In this document: positions 1-9,448 of the stretch, piece by piece | How positions within the stretch are numbered: the stretch's first letter is position 1 | Layout of the letters: every line of letters starts with the position of its first letter | Assembly (NCBI GenBank): GCA_037308085.1 | Contig: CP147779.1 | Coordinates: 320,001 to 384,000 of the forward strand | Length of the DNA stretch: 64,000 bases | Direction: 5' to 3' | Source of the DNA: Promethearchaeati archaeon SRVP18_Atabeyarchaeia-1 | GTDB taxonomy: Archaea; Asgardarchaeota; Atabeyarchaeia; Atabeyarchaeales; Atabeyarchaeaceae | Made by a program: the position numbers and the translations under genes | Notes under the pieces: model-generated | The model's input: only the letters and a program-made list of their open reading frames with translations | Told to the model about the DNA's origin: nothing | Databases searched by the model: none

Positions 1-707
1 TCGCTGTTGCTCATCAGGGTGAATCGGTCCAAACTTGAAAGACGCCAATTCATCGCAGGGTCTGAACTCAAGCCAGTTTCAAGCGCGTGTATGTTCCGCG
101 TCTGATCCTGAAAACAATCCTCAATCCTATCAAAACCCGACCTAGACCCAAACAAACTGAAAAACGGCGTCCACACGTGTGCTGGGATTACCTCATTCCA
201 CTGGTCAATCTCTGTTATGATCGCCGTGAGTTCTGCCGCAGTTACCTTAAGCTTTGGTCTTCCATCCGAATTGAGGTCACCGTATTTGGAGATTCTATCG
301 TTTATCTGCTTCGCAACTTCAAGGTTCGGGCATAGAACTAGAAGGTGAATTCTCTTTGCCTTTTCCTCCCAAGTGAACTCTGTGTCAACTTCTCCAGTTA
401 CCATGAAAAGGGTCGATCCCGATACGCCCCGACCGGTCTTTAAGGTGTACAGCCCGCTCTTGTCAACCTCGGAAAGGGACGATTCACATTCCGTGAGCCA
501 TCTCGGCGAGGTAAAGTGGAGACTCACCTACCTTAGCTTGCCGAAGCATTACATAATGCAGGTCGAGTTGTCTCCTGTGCCGAGAAGACTCAAACCCTTG
601 ACCCTAGCCTGTCTTTCAAGATTGACCAGATTCATGTCTTGGCTGGTAGCCGCCGAATACTTGCTATGAATATGGAGATCTGCGACGACCCTCAGATGGC
701 TGTCCAC
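1..707 (-). CDS. Endonuclease Q family (PHP-domain, TIGR00375-like) protein, interrupted by a 54-nt BHB intron at 516-569; 3' end runs off the window
   Basis: Manual translation from GTG at 707: (M)DSHLRVVADLHIHSKYSAATSQDMNLVNLERQARVKGLSLLGTGD|FTSPRWLTE...TGEVD...RIHLLV...DGRPKL...IPAHVWTPFFSLFG...ALETGLSSDPAMNWRLSSLDRFTLMSNSD. These are EndoQ hallmark motifs. Absent from the ORF track. Confidence 0.9.
516..569 (-). other. BHB intron in endoQ mRNA (54 nt)
   Basis: Central helix GGAG/CUCC, bulges AC^A and AC^U, intron stems ACUC/GAGU and ACCUGC/GUAGGU, exon stem UCUCGGC/GCCGAGA. Contains in-frame TAA and TAG. Removal joins GTGD to FTSPRW in frame. Confidence 0.85.
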
Positions 708-808
708 CTCCGCAGCGAGGCATAACCATTATTATGTGAGATATTGCTTCTTCTCTTTATATCACTTCACTTTAGCGCATAAAATGCATCGCACCTGGAG
801 ATGGTCTG

Positions 809-2080
809 ATGAAAAAGAGAGAGCGAGAAAACCAGGATGGGCGAGACAGCGCGATGAGACAGGAGAATCGCCCAAGAATCTTCGACTTTGTCGAGAAAGA
901 TCCTATACTGGACATAGAAGCCACTACGGAGTATCCAGTCATGTACCGAGCCCTCGGTAGTGAACAGAGATCTGGACATCCCTACCATGTTTACGATGAT
1001 ATCCGGACCGAACCCCAAGCCGTCAAGAAGACACTGGGTATTATCGACAATGACGTCAAACGAATCGCAGGGGAATTCAATAGAAGGGAGATTGACCACG
1101 TAGTTGGCATTGGAATGGGTACAAGTCAATTCGTGGCACAGGCCTGTGGGCCAGCCTTCTGGGAGTGGGCGCACCTGACGACTGAGGATCGTGATAGCGT
1201 AGAGCTCCTTACAGCCGACAAGCCGTATGACTACGAGCACACGGCCCTGATATGTTATAGCGGTAGCGGAAGCACGGTGGACACTATCTCTGCCGCCAAA
1301 AAGTTGACAGAGAAAGGAGCCTACAGTGTGGCTATGACCTCGATAGCAGGTAGCCCACTTACCAAGATAACGAAGGATACAATTGCATGCGCCGGGGGAT
1401 ATGACACAGGTGGATCAGACACATTTCACTACGCGACGCGCCTTGCAGCAAGTCTAGCCCTTGCAATCGAACTGGGGAAGGACAGGGCAGTCAACCACAT
1501 AGACTTCAAGGTTCTCAAATCCCAGTTGATGGCAGTGCCTACGGCAATGGCGGACCGACTTGACGAGACTGATAAGCGCTGCCAGAGCATTGCAAAACAT
1601 AATGCAAGAAGTCGCAGCGCGATCATCATCGGATCTGGTCCTAACTATGGGACAGCTGAGGAGATGGCGCTGAAATTCGATGAAATGGCGCATATCCCCG
1701 CGAAAGCGATGGTGCCGACTCGACACTTACATGGTGCGCTTGGGCTAACGGCCGAAAACATTCAGACAATAATCCTCGCGCCAGAGAGCAAAGCCTCTCG
1801 ATGGATTGAGCAGATTGCAGATGCAACCGTCATGTTGAAGAGCCCATCGATGGCAATCGTACCCGATGGGGAGAACGTGATTTCCCTCGTCATGGACTAC
1901 GTGATCAGAACCCCCGTCACAAACGAGCATCTATTTGCGTTGTACGTTGTTCCAGCCATCCAAATGTATCCGTACTACTGCGCTATTGAACAAGGTGGCA
2001 TCAACCCTGATTGTCAGAGAAGCGACATTCCGAAATATGCCCGAGTTTGGAGGATGGTTCTTCCGAGAGGATCACACTGA
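809..2080 (+). CDS. Double SIS-domain sugar-phosphate isomerase/deaminase (GlmS isomerase-domain, GlmD/FrlB-like)
   Basis: GMGTS, SGSGST and EMALKFDE SIS motifs; no glutaminase domain. Confidence 0.8.
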   Translation: MKKRERENQDGRDSAMRQENRPRIFDFVEKDPILDIEATTEYPVMYRALGSEQRSGHPYHVYDDIRTEPQAVKKTLGIIDNDVKRIAGEFNRREIDHVVGIGMGTSQFVAQACGPAFWEWAHLTTEDRDSVELLTADKPYDYEHTALICYSGSGSTVDTISAAKKLTEKGAYSVAMTSIAGSPLTKITKDTIACAGGYDTGGSDTFHYATRLAASLALAIELGKDRAVNHIDFKVLKSQLMAVPTAMADRLDETDKRCQSIAKHNARSRSAIIIGSGPNYGTAEEMALKFDEMAHIPAKAMVPTRHLHGALGLTAENIQTIILAPESKASRWIEQIADATVMLKSPSMAIVPDGENVISLVMDYVIRTPVTNEHLFALYVVPAIQMYPYYCAIEQGGINPDCQRSDIPKYARVWRMVLPRGSH

Positions 2081-2083
2081 GAC

Positions 2084-2286
2084 GTCAAGAACTCCGTCCT
2101 AAAGGGCGGGGCTTGGATGGTGGTAAAGACGCAAGTCTTGACTAGAGGGCTCGAAGAGAGCAGAGGCGCCGTGGGCTACAATGCCGGCGGAGTGTACTAG
2201 GCTATTTAACCAGAGTATTTTCTACAAGCGGGAGACACCCCGATTTCTCCTCTCTCTGAAGGAAGGGGTCTCCTCAAGGGTTTAAG
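2084..2286 (+). mobile_element. Non-autonomous IS200/IS605-superfamily miniature element with IscB/HEARO-like ends
   Basis: Starts GTCAA with hairpin CTCCGTCC-TAAA-GGGCGGGG, and GTCAAGA pairs with TCTTGAC. Ends with hairpin CCTCTCTC-TGAA-GGAAGGGG, followed by ATGA. No ORF inside. Confidence 0.6.
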
Positions 2287-3297
2287 ATGAAGAAGAGCGG
2301 TTACCGCTTATTGAGGGAGCTGGAGATGCGAAGAATGAGGGTTGGCGTTCTGGGGGCTCTGAATGTTGATATCGTAGTACACGGGTCAGCCCCCCATAAC
2401 CTAGGGGAATTGAGAGGATGGGTCGGTCCATCGGAGATCACTTGCCTTACTGCTGGTTCAGTGGGTTACTTCGCCCAGAACCTCGCCAAAATGGGTTGTA
2501 ACGTGCATCTCGTCTCAACGATCGCCGATGATACTCATGGAAAATCAATCATCTCATCTCTTCAAAGCGCGGGCATTGACACAGACCAAATAAACGTGGA
2601 GCCAAGAACTGAATCCGGGATAGGTGTCTACCTGCTCATCTTTGGAGCATCCAAGCGGCCGATGACTTACAAACTTCCAACCCATCATGCCTGGCCTCCT
2701 CATCTTGCCCCAGAGAACATTGGTTACCTGTTGGATACCGATCTGGTTCATTGTGGAGGCTATCTTCACTTCCCAGACCTTTGGAACAAAGATGTACCCA
2801 GCTTGTTTGCCAAGGCGCAGAAAAACGGACTGATAACATCCTTGGATCCGCAATTTCCACTCTCCCCGCTGGAATCGGCATGGATCGAGGTCCTGAAGCC
2901 AATTCTCGTCCACACAGACGTGTTATTCCTAGATGAGTATGAGGCGCTTGGCGTAGTTCGAGCAGAAGGATTTGACCAAGCTATAGGAAAACTCAAGCGG
3001 ATCGGTGTGGATGAAGTCGTAATCAAACTTGGGGAAAGGGGATGCCTATTACTGAACAAAGGTGCGGAGTTGTATCAACCTGCGGTGAAACCCGCGAAAT
3101 TCGTTGATAGCATAGGGGCGGGTGATTCATTTGATGTGGGATTTCTTTACGGCATCTTGAAAGGTTTCACGCCAGAGAAATCAGCTAAGCTAGCTGTGTA
3201 TGTGGCATCCAAGAGTATTGAAGGCCCAGGAGGAACGATCGCCTTTCCGCGAATCAGCGATATAGAAATCAGGGATTGGGAAAGGGAAGTAACTTAG
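2287..3297 (+). CDS. PfkB/ribokinase-family carbohydrate kinase (true start probably 2326 or 2335)
   Basis: N-terminal GALNVD and C-terminal DSIGAGDSF PfkB signature. Confidence 0.9.
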   Translation: MKKSGYRLLRELEMRRMRVGVLGALNVDIVVHGSAPHNLGELRGWVGPSEITCLTAGSVGYFAQNLAKMGCNVHLVSTIADDTHGKSIISSLQSAGIDTDQINVEPRTESGIGVYLLIFGASKRPMTYKLPTHHAWPPHLAPENIGYLLDTDLVHCGGYLHFPDLWNKDVPSLFAKAQKNGLITSLDPQFPLSPLESAWIEVLKPILVHTDVLFLDEYEALGVVRAEGFDQAIGKLKRIGVDEVVIKLGERGCLLLNKGAELYQPAVKPAKFVDSIGAGDSFDVGFLYGILKGFTPEKSAKLAVYVASKSIEGPGGTIAFPRISDIEIRDWEREVT

Positions 3298-3408
3298 AAA
3301 AGAAAAACGCATCTTATATACGAGGCAGAGTTGTAGAATAGTCTATTAGCGAGTACCGTTCCAGTACCTTGTGGTCTATCCTGCTTCAAGTTGTGCATCG
3401 CCCGTTAG

Positions 3409-4587
3409 GTGGCTAACGACATGTCAGAAAGAATGTTCCAGCAAGCTAAACAGATAGCTGAGGAAGCTGTTAGGCTAGATAATGGTGGCAATTACAAGGC
3501 TGCGCTTCCACTCTATCTTCAGGCGGCCGAGATCCTGGCAAAAATGGTTAGGTTCACTGACAACTCAACTCTTCGTGTCAAGTACTCTGACGCCGCCAAG
3601 ACGTATATAGAGCGTGCTCAGGCACTGAAGACTTTGGCGGCAAGGGCTGCGCCACTTGGGAAAGCTGGCAAGCTTTCAGCCGGAGGGGAACAGGATACCG
3701 AGGAGGAAGCACGGAAGCAGGACATACTGGACACTATTCTCACCGAGAAACCCAATGTCAAGTGGGAAGACGTGGCTGACTTGAAGGATGCAAAGCAGGC
3801 ATTGCGTGAGGCAGTAATCATACCGACGCTTAGACCTGACCTTTTCCAGAGCAAAACTAGACGCGCGTGGCGAGGAATTATGCTCTTTGGACCACCCGGA
3901 TGTGGTAAGACAATGATAGCCAAAGCTGTCGCTACTGAATGTGAAGCCACATTCCTGAGCATAGACGCGGCCTCCATTATGTCAAAGTGGCTCGGGGAAT
4001 CAGAGAGGCTTGTGAAGGAACTGTTCAATGTGGCAAGGGACAATCAGCCAGCAATAGTATTCACAGATGAGGTTGATTCGATAGCGTCGACGAGAACTGG
4101 AGAGGAGATTGGCGGAGAGAGGAGAGTTAAGACTCAGTTCCTCAAGGAGATGGATGGAGTGAGTACAAAGGCAGACGAGAAGATTCTGGTTCTGGGCGCC
4201 ACAAACAGACCCTGGGATATTGACGAAGCGTTCAGAAGAAGATTTGAGAAGAGGATATACCTGCCAATGCCTAACGTCGACGCCAGGAAGGAGCTCTTCA
4301 AAATATACGTTAAGGAGATCGAGATTGATCCAGACTTCAACGCGGACAAACTTGTGGGGGCGACCGACGGTTACACAGGGTCAGATATTGCCATGATATG
4401 CAGGGAAGCATCCATGCAACCGATTAGGGAGCTCGATACCTCGGGGAAGATAACGGACCCAGCAGTTAAGGTGCGACCCGTTAACATGGAAGACTTTCTT
4501 GCTGCAATCAGGCGTGTTAGACCCGTTGTCTCAGCAAGTGAACTAAACAGGTTCAAGCAATGGAACGACGAGTTCGGCGCTTACTAG
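3409..4587 (+). CDS. vps4: Vps4 AAA+ ATPase (MIT + AAA)
   Basis: N-terminal MIT helix pattern (AVRLDNGGNYKAALPLY), GPPGCGKT, SKWLGESE, DEVD, ATNRPWDIDEAFRRRFEKR, C-terminal WNDEFG. Confidence 0.93.
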   Translation: MANDMSERMFQQAKQIAEEAVRLDNGGNYKAALPLYLQAAEILAKMVRFTDNSTLRVKYSDAAKTYIERAQALKTLAARAAPLGKAGKLSAGGEQDTEEEARKQDILDTILTEKPNVKWEDVADLKDAKQALREAVIIPTLRPDLFQSKTRRAWRGIMLFGPPGCGKTMIAKAVATECEATFLSIDAASIMSKWLGESERLVKELFNVARDNQPAIVFTDEVDSIASTRTGEEIGGERRVKTQFLKEMDGVSTKADEKILVLGATNRPWDIDEAFRRRFEKRIYLPMPNVDARKELFKIYVKEIEIDPDFNADKLVGATDGYTGSDIAMICREASMQPIRELDTSGKITDPAVKVRPVNMEDFLAAIRRVRPVVSASELNRFKQWNDEFGAY

Positions 4588-4632
4588 CACAGACCAGCCA
4601 AGTTAGATATTGCCGAAAGAGGAAGGATCATA

Positions 4633-5340
4633 TTGGAGAAGCAGAAGGAAAAGGGGAAAGTGAAAGGGAGCTCCGACAGAGAAGAAAAGAAAGAAGAGCT
4701 GGTGAAGGAAGGACCTGATGTCGACTTGGAGTTAAAGAAGCTGGAACAGCAAGTCGCCAAGGAGAATAGGGAAAACGCGGCGGGATTGCTTCCGGACCAG
4801 TCTGAATCCGGAGCAATCGCCAAGCAGGGAACGCAGCTAGCCGGCAGAACAGCTTTAGAATATCCCAAGTGGATCGACTATCCGTGGATGTACACGAGAC
4901 CCCTAAGGGCTGAATATCTGGATTCATGGTTGAAGGATTGGGGGGATTTCATCCTAAAGTGGTGCCAATTCACAGTTCACCATGTTGTTGGTCTAAAAGA
5001 TTTCAATACGTCGAAACCATTTGACAAGCTACCCGAGAAGGAGCTACGCGACATTCTTCAGTTCATGATCGACAGAGGACTCGGAAAATGGATTGACAAA
5101 GACAGAACTGTCGCCAGAATAATGTGGCGCTCTCTTCAGGAATGGGCGACAGAGTTGTATGAATGGGCTTACCGCAATGGCGTGGAGATACTTGATGTGC
5201 CTATGATCAGAAGCGCAAACAAGGATTTTAGTACGCTCCCAGTCCCAGACATTAGGGGCGTGATGGATGAGATGGTCAAGAACAAGCAGCTCAAGTGGAT
5301 CGACAGGAATCATGAACAGGCGAAGCTAATCTTTCAATAG
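4633..5340 (+). CDS. ESCRT-II Vps25-like tandem winged-helix protein
   Basis: YPWMYTRP...WLKDWGDFILKWC and WRSLQEWATELYEW resemble Vps25; directly downstream of vps4. Confidence 0.75.
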   Translation: MEKQKEKGKVKGSSDREEKKEELVKEGPDVDLELKKLEQQVAKENRENAAGLLPDQSESGAIAKQGTQLAGRTALEYPKWIDYPWMYTRPLRAEYLDSWLKDWGDFILKWCQFTVHHVVGLKDFNTSKPFDKLPEKELRDILQFMIDRGLGKWIDKDRTVARIMWRSLQEWATELYEWAYRNGVEILDVPMIRSANKDFSTLPVPDIRGVMDEMVKNKQLKWIDRNHEQAKLIFQ

Positions 5341-5366
5341 AAAAGTGAGTTTGCTCCCTCAATCCT

Positions 5367-6107
5367 CTACTTGTCTCCAACATTAGCGGGAGTTAAGCCA
5401 GGGAAATACCACCGAGTTCCAGTGGCATAGCTACGCTCAACTCGCGTGATACCAATCTGCTCTAGACTTCTTAGCGTTCTTTCCACGCGCTCCCTTGGCC
5501 ACTGCGTCTTTAGCATTACTTCCTCAGTAGTAAGCCATCCTTTCTCGGCTGCCAAATCTAGTACTCTGTTCGAATCGTCGGTCAGTTCAGCTGGAAGGAA
5601 TTCCACTATTTTTACCCCAGACGGAAGAGTTCTTACACCAGTTATTAGTCCAGCGTCTTTCAGCACCTCAACTGCTTTGACTATCTCTCCCAGCTCTGTT
5701 ATCTTTCCTGATTGTTCATTACTGACTCTCAGCGCCACTTCGGCAAGAGTGAGAACACCGCCGCTTTCCTTCGCTCTACTACCAGTCGCTTCGAGAATTT
5801 CCACTGCCAACAGATTATAATATTTCCCTTTGCCTATGAGCTTCTCAAACACTGTCGGTTCAATCTTTTCTCGCGTTGGAGGCGTCTCCGTCAGACCGAG
5901 CTCTACCTTCAGCGCTTTGAGTTTTTCTCTATATTCAGGAGACGTCATGAGCTCGGAGTACTTCTCCTCAAATTGCTCAATTCTTTGCCTCAGATCCTGA
6001 ATGTTGTTAAACATCCCCTGAAGTTCCTGCATCATCAGCTCTACCTTCTCTTTCTCGAAAGCCTGCTTAAGCTGTATTTTCCGTTCAATCTCATGAAGCC
6101 CACACAT
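5367..6107 (-). CDS. ESCRT-II Vps22/Vps36 (EAP30)-like protein
   Basis: YYNLLAVEILE...GGVLTL...ELTDD...W..ER...YFPGL pattern of the EAP30 family. Confidence 0.8.
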   Translation of the reverse strand: MCGLHEIERKIQLKQAFEKEKVELMMQELQGMFNNIQDLRQRIEQFEEKYSELMTSPEYREKLKALKVELGLTETPPTREKIEPTVFEKLIGKGKYYNLLAVEILEATGSRAKESGGVLTLAEVALRVSNEQSGKITELGEIVKAVEVLKDAGLITGVRTLPSGVKIVEFLPAELTDDSNRVLDLAAEKGWLTTEEVMLKTQWPRERVERTLRSLEQIGITRVERSYATGTRWYFPGLTPANVGDK

Positions 6108-6163
6108 TGTCTGATCAGTACTCCCAAAATCGAAGGTCGTCTACGAAATATGATGACAGCCTA

Positions 6164-7455
6164 GGTTCTGTTACCTCTGCGATTGATAACCGTTTGGGTT
6201 AACTTCTCCGCTTTGGCTCATAGCCTTGTTGAAGGGACTAATCACTGCTACACGTGCGGAGCGATCCAGGGTGAACCGCACCCTTTCATCTTGGGCTTTC
6301 AGCATGCTCAAGCAGGCGTTCACGTGGCGGTCCATCCCGCAGCATTCCACGGTTTTCGCTTTCGGGTCTCGCATCACGCACCCACACACCGCGCAGACCC
6401 TGGAAGTGTCCCAAGCACTCACTTTAGTGATTTTGGCTCCATCCCAGAGAGCCTTGTACTCGATGAAGCCTTGCAGCCTGCGGAAGCTCCACGAGTTCAG
6501 CCTCCGCTTCAGCCTCTTAGAGCGTATGCTGATCATCTGGATCTTCCTGTTGAAATCGTTGACGCCTAGGACTTTCCTGTTGATTGTCCTTCGAATATGT
6601 CTAAGATCTTCCAGGATGATACCTTGCCCCCTGGTTTTCGCTTGCCTGACTATCGCTGAACTCACCTGGTGCAGCATTGTGCTGACCTTGCTGTTCTGAT
6701 TAGCGAACCACCTTCTCTGAATCTTCGTCGCCACCCGTCTATCCTTCGCGTACCTGGCTTGCATCCTCCGCACTCGTTCGAAGTACCCTTGCCTAGCTTC
6801 TGAAACCCCTGACAAGTCGCGGCTTTCAACGGCCAGTCCTCCATCTTCTCTTACATAGGCTCCGTCTATTGAGCGCTCATTCGTGTCGTACGCCACGTAG
6901 CTCCCTAGTTCGGCGACCTCAGCGATCTTCGAGAAAACCACTGAAACCGCGCAGGAAGTCAAAGTTATCGAGCCCAACTTGAGCGTGGCATCCGACAGGA
7001 ACTGCGCCGCCCTCTTATGCAGGGGAACGTAGAAGTACTCTCTTGGCTTGATCGGTATTCTCAGCTTGCCGTCAGCAACTTTGTAACCCTGATTTCCCAG
7101 TTTGGCAATGAGTTTCGTGGCTCTCGGCACTCGAGCATTCTGTCGCCTTCTTTTCGCTTTCCTGTAGTTCTTCAAAATGGCAGTGGCAGCCTCGATGGCG
7201 GAGAGGCTGTACCAGGTGTGGAGACCGTAGTTGCCCAGCTTGTGGTACGTCTCGCTCTGCAGGCTGAACCTTGAAGTCACATTCTTCTCCAGACCAACAC
7301 GAATGCAACAGTTAACCATGCTCCTGAAAGTTTCAAGAAGACTAAGAACATCACTTGTAGGCTCGTATGGTACTTGCACCGCCTTAACTGCCCGCATAGA
7401 ACTAGACAAGTAAAGACTCCTATTTAAACTCACGAACCGCAGAGGTAACAGAACC
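6164..7455 (-). mobile_element. tnpB-only element with 18-bp perfect terminal inverted repeats and an 8-bp near-perfect target-site duplication
   Basis: GGTTCTGTTACCTCTGCG (6164-6181) and CGCAGAGGTAACAGAACC (7438-7455). Flanks ACAGCCTA (6156-6163) and GCAGCCTA (7456-7463). Confidence 0.85.
6171..7397 (-). CDS. tnpB: TnpB-family RNA-guided nuclease-like protein (likely start ATG 7397)
   Basis: RuvC-I AYDTN, RuvC-II ILEDL, WSFRRLQGFIEYKA, TSRVCAVCG zinc finger, DRHVNA. Confidence 0.9.
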   Translation of the reverse strand: MRAVKAVQVPYEPTSDVLSLLETFRSMVNCCIRVGLEKNVTSRFSLQSETYHKLGNYGLHTWYSLSAIEAATAILKNYRKAKRRRQNARVPRATKLIAKLGNQGYKVADGKLRIPIKPREYFYVPLHKRAAQFLSDATLKLGSITLTSCAVSVVFSKIAEVAELGSYVAYDTNERSIDGAYVREDGGLAVESRDLSGVSEARQGYFERVRRMQARYAKDRRVATKIQRRWFANQNSKVSTMLHQVSSAIVRQAKTRGQGIILEDLRHIRRTINRKVLGVNDFNRKIQMISIRSKRLKRRLNSWSFRRLQGFIEYKALWDGAKITKVSAWDTSRVCAVCGCVMRDPKAKTVECCGMDRHVNACLSMLKAQDERVRFTLDRSARVAVISPFNKAMSQSGEVNPNGYQSQR

Positions 7456-7515
7456 GCAGCCTATGAGAAGATAGATGCAAGTTCATCCGCCAAAGTCCTG
7501 TTTTCTGGTCGAAAC

Positions 7516-8373
7516 TCAGATTTCTCGCAACCGCCTTTTGAAATCGTCGAGAAGCCTCGTGGCATCAAGCCCCAGCTTGCTCGTTTCATCAGGGGTCAAG
7601 ACCGCGTCGGCAGGCAAACCCAACAGCTTGTCGTGCCACTCGGTTAACAGACCAAGTCCCCAATAATCCCCACGCGTCGTGGGAAAACTCCGGAGGAGCG
7701 ACAGTACCCTGTCTATTATTGGAATCAGTGATTCGACCTTAACAATGTCTCCGCCCAGATGGGCATAGTCGGATAAAGTAATGAGGTTGGAGACTATCTC
7801 TGCTGTGCTGGAAGCTACGTCGGCCTTGGTGACCGTTAAGCTCTCAACAAACGATTCGAGAGTCTCGCCCGAATCCAGCAGCTTGAACTTCTCGAAAACC
7901 ACGGGATATTCTTCCTGTATCTTTTCATTCACGAGGAAATATTCCATTGATATCCCGCTTCTCTCAAGCATCACCTTGAATTTCATCATGTCCGTTATTA
8001 ATGACTGCACTTGGCGTTTATAGGTTGCGAGTTCAACGTTACCCTTCTCAAAGTTGCACATAAGTGAGTTAAGTGTCGCAATGCAAGCATACAGTTCAGC
8101 TTCATACTCAAGCTGGTCCGGCGACAGCTTTGCCCTTGCTTCGATCGCTTGCGGAGCCACAGCTTCCCCTGGTATCTCAACTTTTCGTTGGACCACCTGG
8201 AAACGAGAAGACTGCCTAGGTTTCTCTTCTTGCTTCCTCTGCGATTCCTCTTGCCTGAGCGGGGGAGGTAGTTGCGGCTTTGCGGGCTCAGCTTCTGCCG
8301 TCACAGGCTTCGAGTCCTTTTCCAGCTTCTTCTTGGCTGATCTTCTGGGCAGTTCTTTCTCCATGTTCTGCAT
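7516..8373 (-). CDS. ESCRT-I Vps28-like protein
   Basis: EAELYACIATLNSL and TAEIVSNLITLSD...W..KL....ADAVLT match Vps28 N- and C-terminal domains. Confidence 0.8.
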   Translation of the reverse strand: MQNMEKELPRRSAKKKLEKDSKPVTAEAEPAKPQLPPPLRQEESQRKQEEKPRQSSRFQVVQRKVEIPGEAVAPQAIEARAKLSPDQLEYEAELYACIATLNSLMCNFEKGNVELATYKRQVQSLITDMMKFKVMLERSGISMEYFLVNEKIQEEYPVVFEKFKLLDSGETLESFVESLTVTKADVASSTAEIVSNLITLSDYAHLGGDIVKVESLIPIIDRVLSLLRSFPTTRGDYWGLGLLTEWHDKLLGLPADAVLTPDETSKLGLDATRLLDDFKRRLREI

Positions 8374-8466
8374 TCCCCAGTGGCTGTCAATCTGCCTGTG
8401 ACTGGCGGGCTAGACTTGATCTAAGAGCTTTCGGAGCCCCTAAATTGAGAAGCCATGATGGTCCCA

Positions 8467-9258
8467 CTACTGTCCTTGGCGTTCTTCGGTGAGTTTCTTA
8501 TCTAGAAGGAACAGTTCTTTCTTGTATTTCCTGTACAGTCTTGCATAATCCGCGGGCGCGATATCGCCTGACTCATATTTCTCCTCTAAGCTCCTAATGA
8601 GGTCTTCAAGGGCGATTTTGTCGCTTTCCATGTCAAGTGTCTGCCTTTGCTTTGGGTCGCTGGGTAGCAGGACTTGGTCAACCCTTTCAGGTCCCTCCTC
8701 CGGAACGTTGTGAGCTGTCATTTTTCCTCTGAGATGGGCAACCTCCTCTTCGAGGGTAGAGATCTGCTGTTTCAGTCTGCTAGCGTCGTCCGGTCTGGGA
8801 GGTGGAGCCTGGGCTGTGCTGGGTGGAGGAGGAGAAGGAGAAGGAGAAGGTTGGTAGCTCTGTCTGATACTGACTTGTGCCTGAGGTTGAGGGGTTCTTG
8901 CAGCAGGCTGCCCAATGCCTGGCTTCGGTGGTATTTGAGCAAACATGCCCTTGACCGTATTGATGACCTGATAGAGGTGATACTCAGGTCTCCAGTTGCT
9001 TATGATTGTAAGCCTCAATGTCCCGGTAGCCTGATCCAAATATGGATGCTCTATCGGAGTGACCATCCTAACTAAAGGCGGAATACTCGGAAATCCATTG
9101 GGTACTACTATTTCCACTTCGAAGCTCAAGTTCCTATAAGGACCCCTGCCAGGGATTGAACCCCTCCACCTTCGAAGGTCCCCGCCTGTGGGCTTGAACT
9201 CCGGCGCACGGCTGTATAGCAGCTGAGCCTCACGGGCTAATGTCAAATCATCACTCAA
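8467..9258 (-). CDS. ESCRT-I Vps23/TSG101-like protein (UEV, Pro-rich linker, coiled coil, steadiness box)
   Basis: UBC fold (FPSIPP...HPYLD..GTLRL) lacking the catalytic Cys; PSPSPSPPPP linker; IALEDLIRSL...YARLYR...ELFLL. Likely TTG start at 9258. Confidence 0.85.
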   Translation of the reverse strand: MSDDLTLAREAQLLYSRAPEFKPTGGDLRRWRGSIPGRGPYRNLSFEVEIVVPNGFPSIPPLVRMVTPIEHPYLDQATGTLRLTIISNWRPEYHLYQVINTVKGMFAQIPPKPGIGQPAARTPQPQAQVSIRQSYQPSPSPSPPPPSTAQAPPPRPDDASRLKQQISTLEEEVAHLRGKMTAHNVPEEGPERVDQVLLPSDPKQRQTLDMESDKIALEDLIRSLEEKYESGDIAPADYARLYRKYKKELFLLDKKLTEERQGQ

Positions 9259-9448
9259 AGGACTACCCCCTGAATAAGAAGCTTGGCAATACCAGAGATG
9301 ATCCCAGATGATCACAATGCTCGTAAAGGAGCCAACATATATAAAAGAGATAGGATTATTGACTTATTATGTCTTTTTGTAGAAAACGCATTCTTGCGAT
9401 GTAAGACAAGGAAATCAGCGAGAGACCGCCATTCATGGGGGGCAGGCG

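Noticed and set aside
87-669. Plus-strand ORFs 87-335 and 373-669, and the many other short ORFs antisense to conserved genes
   Set aside because: Shadow frames of real genes with no recognisable motifs.
1-707. endoQ as a pseudogene or stop-codon readthrough case
   Set aside because: Both stops lie within an 18-codon insert that has BHB junctions, and all flanking motifs are intact; an intron explains this better.
8820-8850. GGAGAA/GGA microrepeat
   Set aside because: It simply encodes the PSPSPSPPPP linker of Vps23.
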